Origin: Candidatus Zixiibacteriota bacterium
GTDB taxonomy: Bacteria; RBG-13-66-14; B26-G2; WVWN01
DNA: 31,062 nucleotides
Assembly (NCBI GenBank): GCA_050117845.1
Contig: JASFLY010000031.1
Span: forward strand, 1-31,062
Direction: 5' to 3'
Positions 17,164-24,489 of the stretch are shown one piece after another; the stretch's first letter is position 1; the number at the start of each line of letters is the position of its first letter. The notes under the pieces were generated by a model. The model ran no database searches. It was not told the DNA's origin and saw nothing but the letters and a program-made list of their open reading frames with translations. A program made the position numbers and the translations under genes.

Positions 17164-17805
17164 GTGAAATTGAGCAAGGAATCGGGGCGCGAGTTGTTAT
17201 GGCTCGGCGTCTTCGGCGTGGCCTTCGGGTATCTGGAGGCCGCCGTCGTAGTGTACCTCCGTACTATCTTCTACCCGGAGGGCTTCGTATTCCCCCTCGA
17301 GGCCATTACGCCGGCCATCCTGGGCGTCGAGATAGGCCGGGAGGCCGCGACGCTCGCCATGCTCCTCGGCCCGGCGCTCGCCATCGGCGGTTCCCGCAGC
17401 GTAAAATTCGCCCGCTTCCTTTACGCCTTCGGCCTATGGGACATATTCTTCTACGTCGGCCTGAAGTGCGTACTCGGCTGGCCCGGGTCCCTCATGACAT
17501 GGGATATATTGTTCCTAATACCGCTGCCCTGGACCTCGCCGGTCCTGGCCCCGGCGCTCGTGGCCGTCTTCTTCGTGGCCGCCGGCGCGTACGGCATCGT
17601 CGTCCGGGACGTGCGGACGAGGCCCTGGCAGTGGCTCGCCGGCGCGGCGGGCGGCGCCGTAATATTCGTAACATTTTTATGGAACCTGGGCCCCTCCACC
17701 ACGGGCGGCGTCCCGACGTACTACCCCTGGCCTCTATTCGCCCTCGGTCTCGCGTCTATACTGGCCGGATTCCTCGGGGCGGTCCGTTCGACGGCTTCCC
17801 GATAG
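17164..17805 (+). CDS. conserved hypothetical multi-pass membrane protein
   Basis: about 6 hydrophobic segments with polar motifs YLEAAVVVYLR, EIGREAAT, WDIFFY, WDILFLIP; GTG start. Confidence 0.78.
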   Translation: MKLSKESGRELLWLGVFGVAFGYLEAAVVVYLRTIFYPEGFVFPLEAITPAILGVEIGREAATLAMLLGPALAIGGSRSVKFARFLYAFGLWDIFFYVGLKCVLGWPGSLMTWDILFLIPLPWTSPVLAPALVAVFFVAAGAYGIVVRDVRTRPWQWLAGAAGGAVIFVTFLWNLGPSTTGGVPTYYPWPLFALGLASILAGFLGAVRSTASR

Positions 17806-17823
17806 GCTTTTCGGCCTTTTGCG

Positions 17824-17852
17824 TTGACTTCGACGCCGTAATGATTTATTAT
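17824..17852 (+). promoter_or_regulatory. sigma70-type promoter of tRNA-Gln
   Basis: TTGACT (17824-17829), 17 nt spacer, TATTAT (17847-17852), 12 nt before tRNA 5' end. Confidence 0.7.
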
Positions 17853-17864
17853 TACGGCATCGGT

Positions 17865-17938
17865 TGGGGAGTCGTCTAGGGGTAGGACAGCGGACTCTGG
17901 ATCCGTAAGCGGGGGTTCGAATCCTCCCTCCCCAGCCA
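17865..17938 (+). tRNA. tRNA-Gln (anticodon CTG)
   Basis: acceptor TGGGGAG/CTCCCCA + G + CCA; D-arm GTC..GAC; anticodon arm GCGGA-CTCTGGA-TCCGT; T-loop TTCGAAT; U1-A72 pair typical of bacterial tRNA-Gln. Confidence 0.96.
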
Positions 17939-17941
17939 AAT

Positions 17942-17985
17942 AACCCGCCCGTTTTGAGGCGAAAACCTCCGCGGGTTTTTATTTT
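17942..17985 (+). terminator. intrinsic terminator after tRNA-Gln
   Basis: AACCCGC...GCGGGTT outer stem with inner GAGG/CCTC, followed by TTTATTTT. Confidence 0.55.
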
Positions 17986-18011
17986 ATCGAAGTAATGAAA
18001 AGAGGATTGGT

Positions 18012-19430
18012 TTGAGAATAACTCTGGTCGAACCCGATGCCGCCGGTTACCACATCTTCTCGAAGTACACGCAGCCCCGTCTGGGCCTTCCCATTATAGG
18101 AACGATGCTCGCCCGCCGCGGCCACGACGTCCAGTTCTACTGCGACGCCGTCGCCGGCCGCTCCGCGCGCGACTTCGGCGATATCCTGGGTTCCGATCTG
18201 GTCGGCATTTCCATAACGACTTCGACCGCGTCGGCGGGGTACCGCCTCGGCCGCGCTTTAAAGCTCGCCCGGATACCGGTCGTCTACGGCGGTCCCCACG
18301 CTACGTATTGTCCCGAAGAGGCGCTCCGGCACGGCGACTACGTCGTCCGGGGGGAGGGCGAGTACGCCATGATGGAGCTCGTCGACGCCCTCGTCGCCGG
18401 GGAGTCGGCCGCGGGCATTCAAAACCTCTCGTACCGACAGGGTGACGAAGTAGTACATGAACCGTCTCGGCCGCTGGTCCAGCAACTCGACGATTTGCCC
18501 TGGCCCGATTTCACGCTGATGAAGGGCGCTCGTCGGATGAAGGTGTATCCGCTGGCGACCAGCCGCGGCTGTCCCCGGCACTGCGAGTTCTGTTCGGTGA
18601 CGCCGCTCTTCGGCCGCAAAATGCGCCACCGCGACCCGGAAGACTGCGTCGACGAAATCAAGCGCGTGAGTCAGCGGGCCATGTTCGTCGTGGACGACAA
18701 CTTCACGGCCAACCGTCGGCGCGCCTACGAAATACTCGAGCGGATGGTCCGCCTCGATTCCCGGCCGGGATGGATCGCTCAGGCCGGCGTCGACGTGGCT
18801 CGGGACGAGGACCTCCTTCGTCTAATGAAGCGCGCCGGGTGTTCGTGCCTGGCCGTGGGGTTCGAATCCATTAACGACGAAACGCTGGACGCCTACGGCA
18901 AGGGGCAAACCTGCGCCGACGTCGTCAACTGCATCGAGAAACTGCATAAGCACGGCATCTGGGTCCACGGGATGTTCATGTTCGGCGGCGATGCCGACGG
19001 GCCGGATACGCCCGACAGGACCGTCGCTTTCGCCAAGAAGCATAAGATCGACTCGGTGCAATTTCTGGCGTTGACGCCGGTTCCGGGTACGGACTTCTAC
19101 GAACGTCTCGAGAGCGAGGGGCGGATATTCAGCCGCGATTGGACTTTATACGACGGCCACCACGTCGTTATCGAACCGATGCGGATGACGCCGCTCGAAC
19201 TCCAGTTGGGCCTTATCCGGGCGCACCGGGAATTCTATTCTTTGCGAAGGGTTATCAGCGAGATTCGACAATTCCACTGGTTCGCCGCCGTTACGACTTA
19301 TTACGGCCACCGTTTGGTAAACAAATGGCGCCGCGGTAAAAACGAACTGCTCCAAATCCTGGAACGTCGGACTCACAACCGAAAGCGCTTGGGCGCCGTG
19401 GCTCGCGAAGGGATAGCGACCGGCCCTTAA
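18012..19430 (+). CDS. cobalamin-binding radical SAM protein
   Basis: PRLGL..VGISIT..YGGPHAT..VRGEGE B12-binding domain; SRGCPRHCEFC; FVVDDNF; VGFES; HGMFMFG; TTG start with AGAGGA RBS. Confidence 0.9.
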   Translation: MRITLVEPDAAGYHIFSKYTQPRLGLPIIGTMLARRGHDVQFYCDAVAGRSARDFGDILGSDLVGISITTSTASAGYRLGRALKLARIPVVYGGPHATYCPEEALRHGDYVVRGEGEYAMMELVDALVAGESAAGIQNLSYRQGDEVVHEPSRPLVQQLDDLPWPDFTLMKGARRMKVYPLATSRGCPRHCEFCSVTPLFGRKMRHRDPEDCVDEIKRVSQRAMFVVDDNFTANRRRAYEILERMVRLDSRPGWIAQAGVDVARDEDLLRLMKRAGCSCLAVGFESINDETLDAYGKGQTCADVVNCIEKLHKHGIWVHGMFMFGGDADGPDTPDRTVAFAKKHKIDSVQFLALTPVPGTDFYERLESEGRIFSRDWTLYDGHHVVIEPMRMTPLELQLGLIRAHREFYSLRRVISEIRQFHWFAAVTTYYGHRLVNKWRRGKNELLQILERRTHNRKRLGAVAREGIATGP

Positions 19431-19460
19431 GCGTTAACGACGCCTTAAAATTACGTGTAC

Positions 19461-19485
19461 GGGCGCTCTTCGGGGCGCCTTTTTG
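19461..19485 (+). terminator. intrinsic terminator
   Basis: GGGCGCTC-TTCG-GGGCGCCT stem-loop (UUCG loop) followed by TTTT. Confidence 0.75.
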
Positions 19486-19542
19486 CGTTTTCGGGCGGCT
19501 TCCCGGGAAGGGGGCGTGTCGGGGAGTAAGGCCATGTTATTC

Positions 19543-19571
19543 TTGTATATACGGAGTTCTTTTATTAAAAT
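19543..19571 (+). promoter_or_regulatory. sigma70-type promoter upstream of DUF6125-like gene (distal)
   Basis: TTGTAT (19543-19548), 17 nt spacer, TAAAAT (19566-19571); a weaker proximal candidate TCGCAA-17-TATTAT lies at 19671-19699. Confidence 0.5.
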
Positions 19572-19848
19572 ATAGACGCGTGGAATCGTGGTTTTAAGGG
19601 TGGTTGAAGGCGTGGGGTCGGGGTTTTACCGACGGGTATTCCGGGCGGCTTTACGGCGGAGGGGCCCGTTTCGCAACGTCTTCTTACTCAACTTATTATG
19701 ATAACCAGGTGGAAGGAGTGAGGAACGCCGGCCGCGGTCCCAACGGTTCCCGCTAGAGCCGGCCACGACCCGACGCCTTCGCAACCGGAGATTAGGGAGT
19801 CCCGGTTCCGGCGAGGGCGGCCCGAACTAAAGACCTAGGAGGATTTAA

Positions 19849-20361
19849 GTGCTTCAGAACAGCGACCTGACGCATGAAGAGTTAACGGCTCTACTTAAAG
19901 CGTACGCGAAAAGTTGGTTGGCCCACGACGGTTGTTGGTTTTTGGCGGTAGAGGAACACCTGGGCACGGAGGAAGCGATTAATTACGACCGGGAGGCGTG
20001 GAGGAAGTTTGCGCCCCTCGAAGCGCGGCGGATTATGGAGGCCCGGCGTATTGACGTCGGAGGAGGTCTTGAGGCGCTGGCGGAAGCCCTCGGATTTCGT
20101 ATGTACCGATGGCTCAACGACCAGGAAGCGGTTTTGACGGAAAACGCGTTAATATTCGAGATGAAGGGATGTCGCGTTCAGGAGGCCCGTCGGCGGAAAG
20201 GATTGCCCGATTTCCCGTGCAAGTCCGTCGGCATCGTCGAATTCGGCGAGTTCGCCAAGGCCATCGACGAACGCATTCGGACGGAATGTATCAAGTGCCC
20301 GCCCGACGAATTGGGCGAGGGCGAATTCTGCAAGTGGAAGTTTACGCTCAAGGAGGTATAG
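19849..20361 (+). CDS. DUF6125-like Cys-rich protein (possible V4R-like ligand-binding fold)
   Basis: WLAHDGCWFLAVE, CRVQEARRRKGL..FPCK, FAKAID, CIKCPPD..CKWKF motifs, which I recall as DUF6125; GTG start with AGGAGG RBS. Confidence 0.8.
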   Translation: MLQNSDLTHEELTALLKAYAKSWLAHDGCWFLAVEEHLGTEEAINYDREAWRKFAPLEARRIMEARRIDVGGGLEALAEALGFRMYRWLNDQEAVLTENALIFEMKGCRVQEARRRKGLPDFPCKSVGIVEFGEFAKAIDERIRTECIKCPPDELGEGEFCKWKFTLKEV

Positions 20362-20472
20362 TTAGGACATAACGTTTTGACAAAAAGTGCGCGGTATCTT
20401 CCGGTTCGGGCGTTCCGCTGCGGCGGACGCCCTGGGCGACGGTTCCGGCTAATACGGGCTCTGAAGAAGGAG

Positions 20473-20856
20473 ATGCGCGAAGCCGAAAGACTAAAATTAC
20501 TGGTCGAGGAGAGTCCTGCGATTCTTTGGGCCTATGACGAAGTAAACGGCCGGATGATATACGTAAACGCGGCGGTCGAAGAGACGTTGGGCCACAGCCG
20601 GAAACGCTTCTACGAGCGGTCGGCGTTCTGGTTCGAGCTTATCCACCCTGACGACCGGACGGAAGTCTCGGCCCAAAATCACTTTATGAGAGTGGAAAAA
20701 AGGGCCATACAGTACGAAATCCGATTTCGCCGGGCGGACGGTTCCTACATGCGAGTGAGAGCCGTCGTGAAACCGATAGTGGATGAACGAGGCCGGATAG
20801 TACGTACGGAAGGCGCCGCGATACCGATATGGGAGGACGAGGGGCAGGGGGCCTAA
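20473..20856 (+). CDS. stand-alone PAS domain protein
   Basis: YVNAAVEETLG, WFELIHPDDR, EIRFRRADGSY PAS/PAC motifs; ATG 20473 follows AAGGAG, preferred over the ORF-track TTG at 20377. Confidence 0.85.
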   Translation: MREAERLKLLVEESPAILWAYDEVNGRMIYVNAAVEETLGHSRKRFYERSAFWFELIHPDDRTEVSAQNHFMRVEKRAIQYEIRFRRADGSYMRVRAVVKPIVDERGRIVRTEGAAIPIWEDEGQGA

Positions 20857-20941
20857 TTCGACCGGTAAGGGCTAAAACGACCGCCTACGGGTATAACGTC
20901 GGCGGCGGGGCGTGTAAGTATAAAAGACGCTTAAATTGTAT

Positions 20942-20970
20942 TTGACAAGTTAGCCTCGTTTCTATAAAAT
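20942..20970 (+). promoter_or_regulatory. sigma70-type promoter of the pur operon
   Basis: TTGACA (20942-20947), 17 nt spacer, TAAAAT (20965-20970). Confidence 0.75.
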
Positions 20971-21004
20971 GGCGCCTACGCGGCATAAACTCCCAAAGGT
21001 TGAT

Positions 21005-21709
21005 ATGAAAAAAGGCAAACTGCTATACGAAGGCAAGGCCAAACGCGTCTTCACCACCGACGATCCGGCCGTACTGTGGGCGGAATTCAAGGACAGCGCC
21101 ACCGCGTTCGACGGTGAAAAGAAAGGCACCATCGAACAGAAGGGCAAGTACAACGCCGCCATGTCCGCCCACCTCTACCGTGTCCTCGAGAAGCGGGGGA
21201 TACCTACACACTTCCTGGAACAGGTGGACGACTGCTCTCTGTTGGTGCGCAACTTGACGATGTACCCCGTCGAGATAGTAATGCGCAACGTGGCCGCCGG
21301 AAGCATCGTAAAGCGGTACGGCCTGGAGCGCGGTACGCGCTTTAAAAAACCCCTCCTCGAATATTACCTGAAAGACGACTCCCGGCACGACCCCATGCTC
21401 AACCGGAATCATATCCTTATCCTCGGGTACATGACCGAGCGGAAACTCGCCGTCGTCGAGGAAGAGGCGTTCAAGGTGAACCGTATCCTGCGCTCGTACA
21501 TGAAGAAACGCGGTTTCGAGCTCGTGGATTTTAAATTGGAATTCGGCGAACGAGGCCGGAATATCTATCTGGGCGACGAGATATCGCCCGATACCTGTCG
21601 CATTTGGGACGCCGGCACCGGCGAAGTTTTCGACAAGGACCGTTTTCGGTTCGACCTCGGCGAAGTGGAAAGCCACTACGAAGAAGTCGTACGCCGTTTA
21701 ATCGCTTAA
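21005..21709 (+). CDS. purC: phosphoribosylaminoimidazolesuccinocarboxamide (SAICAR) synthase
   Basis: LYEGKAK, FKDSATAFDG, GIPTHF, RNVAAGS, LVDFKLEFG, DEISPDTCRIWD, DKDRFR; start moved to ATG 21005 (AAAGGT RBS) because ATG 20969 overlaps the -10 box. Confidence 0.97.
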   Translation: MKKGKLLYEGKAKRVFTTDDPAVLWAEFKDSATAFDGEKKGTIEQKGKYNAAMSAHLYRVLEKRGIPTHFLEQVDDCSLLVRNLTMYPVEIVMRNVAAGSIVKRYGLERGTRFKKPLLEYYLKDDSRHDPMLNRNHILILGYMTERKLAVVEEEAFKVNRILRSYMKKRGFELVDFKLEFGERGRNIYLGDEISPDTCRIWDAGTGEVFDKDRFRFDLGEVESHYEEVVRRLIA

Positions 21710-21731
21710 GTCGTCGGGCGGGAGGGACCCG

Positions 21732-22241
21732 ATGATCCTTTTACTCATTTCCCTGTTGTTATTGCCGACGGCGATGTTGCCGCGCGAGCAGCTCTACTCG
21801 GTCGACCGGGTCGAGGTGGAGGCGCGTGACGCCAGCATTCCGGCGGACGCCCGCCGGGCCGTGGTAATAAGTCGGACCGGCGGCGTGTCCCCGGTCAAAG
21901 TGCTCAACGTCAAGGTGTACGAGAAAGAGGTCGAGTACAACGTCGTACACGTGGAATACATCGTCGTCTACCACAGCCGCGATTACGTCGTGGCCCAGCG
22001 CAAAGTCGATTTCGAGTCCTTCGAGAAAATCTGGCTGGAACTCAATAGGAACCGGGCGATGATGCTCGAGGATGCGCCCGAGGGCGCGAAGGACAAACCG
22101 ACTTATACGGTCCGCGTGAAAGAAGTCAAGAACTCCAATACCTTCACCGTTACCGACCCGGAGTCGCAGGAAGACAAACGCTACGCCGCCATCATAGCGG
22201 CGATGGAAGACTTCTGGCGGGAACAACTCGAAATACAATAG
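21732..22241 (+). CDS. hypothetical exported protein
   Basis: hydrophobic N-terminal signal/anchor MILLLISLLLLPTA followed by a soluble beta-rich domain; GGAGGG RBS. Confidence 0.75.
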   Translation: MILLLISLLLLPTAMLPREQLYSVDRVEVEARDASIPADARRAVVISRTGGVSPVKVLNVKVYEKEVEYNVVHVEYIVVYHSRDYVVAQRKVDFESFEKIWLELNRNRAMMLEDAPEGAKDKPTYTVRVKEVKNSNTFTVTDPESQEDKRYAAIIAAMEDFWREQLEIQ

Positions 22242-22257
22242 CGGCGGCCCGCCTATC

Positions 22258-23709
22258 ATGAACGAACGCAGTTATTACCCCCGCGAGTCCTGCGGCGTCT
22301 TCGGCATTTTCGGCCATCCGGAAGCTTCGACCCTCGCGTACCTGGGGATATACGCTCTCCAGCACCGCGGCCAGGAGTCCGCCGGCATAGTCGCCTCGGA
22401 CGGCAAACGACTCCGTCAACACAAAGCCCTCGGCCTCGTCAGCGACGTGTTCAACGAGGAGACGTTGCGGCGCCTCTCGGGCTTCGCCGCCATAGGCCAC
22501 GTGCGCTACTCGACCATGGGCGACACCTCCCTCACCAACGCCCAACCCATAAAGGTCGATTACCTGCGAGGGTCGCTCGCCGTCTGCCACAACGGCAATA
22601 CCGTCAACGCGCTGAACCTCCGTGAGGAACTCGAGCAGCGCGGTTCCATCTTCGCGTCCAACGCCGACTCCGAAATCGTGATACACCTCATCGCGCACGA
22701 CGAGAGCAAGGACCTGATGGCCGCCATCCCCAAAGCGCTCCGGCGGCTGGAAGGAGCGTACTCCATGCTCTTTCTGGAGGAGAACCGCCTCGTCGCCGCC
22801 CGGGATCCCCACGGCTGGCGGCCCCTTTGCCTGGGGACCCTCGGCAACGCCGTCGTCGTGGCGTCCGAGACCTGCGCCTTCGACCTCGTGGGCGCGAAAT
22901 ACGAACGCGACGTGGAGCCGGGCGAGGTCATCGAGGTAACTCCGCGCGGCATTAAGTCGTACCACCCCCACGAGAACGCCAAGTCGGCGATGTGCATCTT
23001 CGAACTCGTGTATTTCTCCCGGCCGGACTCTTTCATCTTCGGCCGCGGCGTCCACACCGCCCGCAAAGCGCTGGGCGCCGAACTCGCCCGCGAGGAGGAC
23101 CCGGCGGTCTCCGCCGACATGGTAATAGCGGTGCCGGACTCCTCCAACAGCGCGGCCCTGGGCTACGCTGAAGCCTCCGGCCTGCCGTACGAACTCGGCA
23201 TCATCCGCAGCCACTACATCGGCCGGACCTTCATAGAGCCCGAACAGCGCATCCGGGCCTTCGGCACCCGCCTAAAATACAACCCGGTGCGGGATCTCAT
23301 CGCCGGGAAGTCCCTAATCGTCGTGGACGACTCCATCGTACGGGGCACGACCTCCCGCAAGATAATCGACATCGTCCGCAACGCCGGCGCCCGGGAAATC
23401 CACCTTCGCATAAGTTGCCCGCCCTGGCGTTGGCCCTGTTACTACGGGATAGATACGCCTACGCGCGAGGAGCTTATCGGCTCCCGCCTGAGCGTCGAGG
23501 AGATAGGGCGGTACGTCGGCGTGGACACAATAAAGTACCTTTCGCTCGAGGGTCTGCATCGAGCCGTCGCCGGCGACGTTATGACGGAACAGGACGTCGC
23601 GAGCCGCTTCTGCGCGGCGTGCTTCACCGGCGAGTACCCGACGCCCATCTTCGAGCAGTACTCCAAGGATATGATGACGCCCCGACTCTTCGGCAATAAG
23701 ATGTTTTAA
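22258..23709 (+). CDS. purF: amidophosphoribosyltransferase (propeptide- and Fe-S-containing type)
   Basis: 11-aa propeptide then CGVFG; QHRGQE, GHVRYST, HNGN, VVDDSIVRGTT PRPP motif; Fe-S ligands CIFE, CYYG, CAACF. Confidence 0.97.
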   Translation: MNERSYYPRESCGVFGIFGHPEASTLAYLGIYALQHRGQESAGIVASDGKRLRQHKALGLVSDVFNEETLRRLSGFAAIGHVRYSTMGDTSLTNAQPIKVDYLRGSLAVCHNGNTVNALNLREELEQRGSIFASNADSEIVIHLIAHDESKDLMAAIPKALRRLEGAYSMLFLEENRLVAARDPHGWRPLCLGTLGNAVVVASETCAFDLVGAKYERDVEPGEVIEVTPRGIKSYHPHENAKSAMCIFELVYFSRPDSFIFGRGVHTARKALGAELAREEDPAVSADMVIAVPDSSNSAALGYAEASGLPYELGIIRSHYIGRTFIEPEQRIRAFGTRLKYNPVRDLIAGKSLIVVDDSIVRGTTSRKIIDIVRNAGAREIHLRISCPPWRWPCYYGIDTPTREELIGSRLSVEEIGRYVGVDTIKYLSLEGLHRAVAGDVMTEQDVASRFCAACFTGEYPTPIFEQYSKDMMTPRLFGNKMF

Positions 23710-23714
23710 TAGCG

Positions 23715-24464
23715 ATGGCCGGTAAAGTCAAAGGGAGTATCGGCACAGCGCTCGCGGTCTTTTTCGCGTTCATCGCCTTGACGGCCGCGGCGGCCGCGAT
23801 GTACCGCGGCTCGTCGGCCAGGGTGGCCGCCGACGTTATTTACTTCGTCGGCGCCGTTGCCGTCGTCGGCCTGGCGCTGCCGCTCTGGCTCGCGGCCAGG
23901 GGCCGACTCACGCTTCCGGTGTGGCCTTCCCCCGGGGCGGGGGACAACGCGCTCGGCGTCCTGGCGGTCGTCTTTCTCTTCGCCCGGGTCGAGATGCTCG
24001 TCGCCATCTTCGCCGAAGGCCGGGATTGGGGCCTCGCGCTCGCCACGTTCCTGGGCCCGGCGGCCTTGAACCTCGCGGCGGTTACGGCCACCATCGGCGT
24101 CCTCCTCCCGGCGTTCAAACGCCGGATGCCCGTGGCCGCGGCGGCCGTCCTCGCCGCCCTGGCCTGGGTCGTCTTCCATCTGGCCCGCACCCTCTCCTTC
24201 TCGACACGCGATATTCCCGAGTTGATAGTGGTCGCCGTCTTCGGCCTCGGCTATGCGCTGTACTATTTCTGGTCGCGCTCGCTGCTCTTGACCGCCGTCT
24301 TGCAGCACATCGTCGCCACGACCGCTTTGGTCTACGGACGCGAATACGCCTTCGGCGCGGGAGAGGCGTCGCTTTACTTCTCGCTTGCGGCCGTCGGCGC
24401 TTATTTAATATTCGTTACGCTGAGGCGGAGGACCTACGCCGCCCAACGTTTTACGCATTTCTGA
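23715..24464 (+). CDS. multi-pass membrane protein, degenerate CPBP/CAAX (Abi) protease-like
   Basis: about 8 TM segments; WVVFH and SRSLLLTAVLQH resemble CPBP motifs, but the EExxxR motif is absent. Confidence 0.65.
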   Translation: MAGKVKGSIGTALAVFFAFIALTAAAAAMYRGSSARVAADVIYFVGAVAVVGLALPLWLAARGRLTLPVWPSPGAGDNALGVLAVVFLFARVEMLVAIFAEGRDWGLALATFLGPAALNLAAVTATIGVLLPAFKRRMPVAAAAVLAALAWVVFHLARTLSFSTRDIPELIVVAVFGLGYALYYFWSRSLLLTAVLQHIVATTALVYGREYAFGAGEASLYFSLAAVGAYLIFVTLRRRTYAAQRFTHF

Positions 24465-24489
24465 TTCCACCGACCGGAGGTTTCATCCG

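Noticed and set aside
17721..17939. 72-aa minus-strand ORF MAGEGGFEPPLTDPES
   Set aside because: Reverse complement of tRNA-Gln, a classic spurious ORF
18857..18869. GGGGTTCGAATCC matching the tRNA T-arm, suggesting an att-site duplication
   Set aside because: Lies inside the radical SAM CDS, encoding the conserved VGFES motif; no acceptor-stem match and no integrase in the window
19534..19575. 13-codon ORF MLFLYIRSSFIKI with GGGGAG upstream
   Set aside because: Coincides with a TTGTAT-17-TAAAAT promoter candidate and follows a terminator; better explained as AT-rich promoter DNA, though not strictly excluded
20377..20472. N-terminal extension of the PAS ORF and a TTGACA at 20377
   Set aside because: Extension is Arg/Gly-rich hairpin sequence and a good RBS precedes ATG 20473; the TTGACA has no properly spaced -10
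20857..21004. Purine, ZTP or PRPP riboswitch, or PurR box, upstream of purC
   Set aside because: The predicted leader is under 30 nt and I see no matching consensus elements
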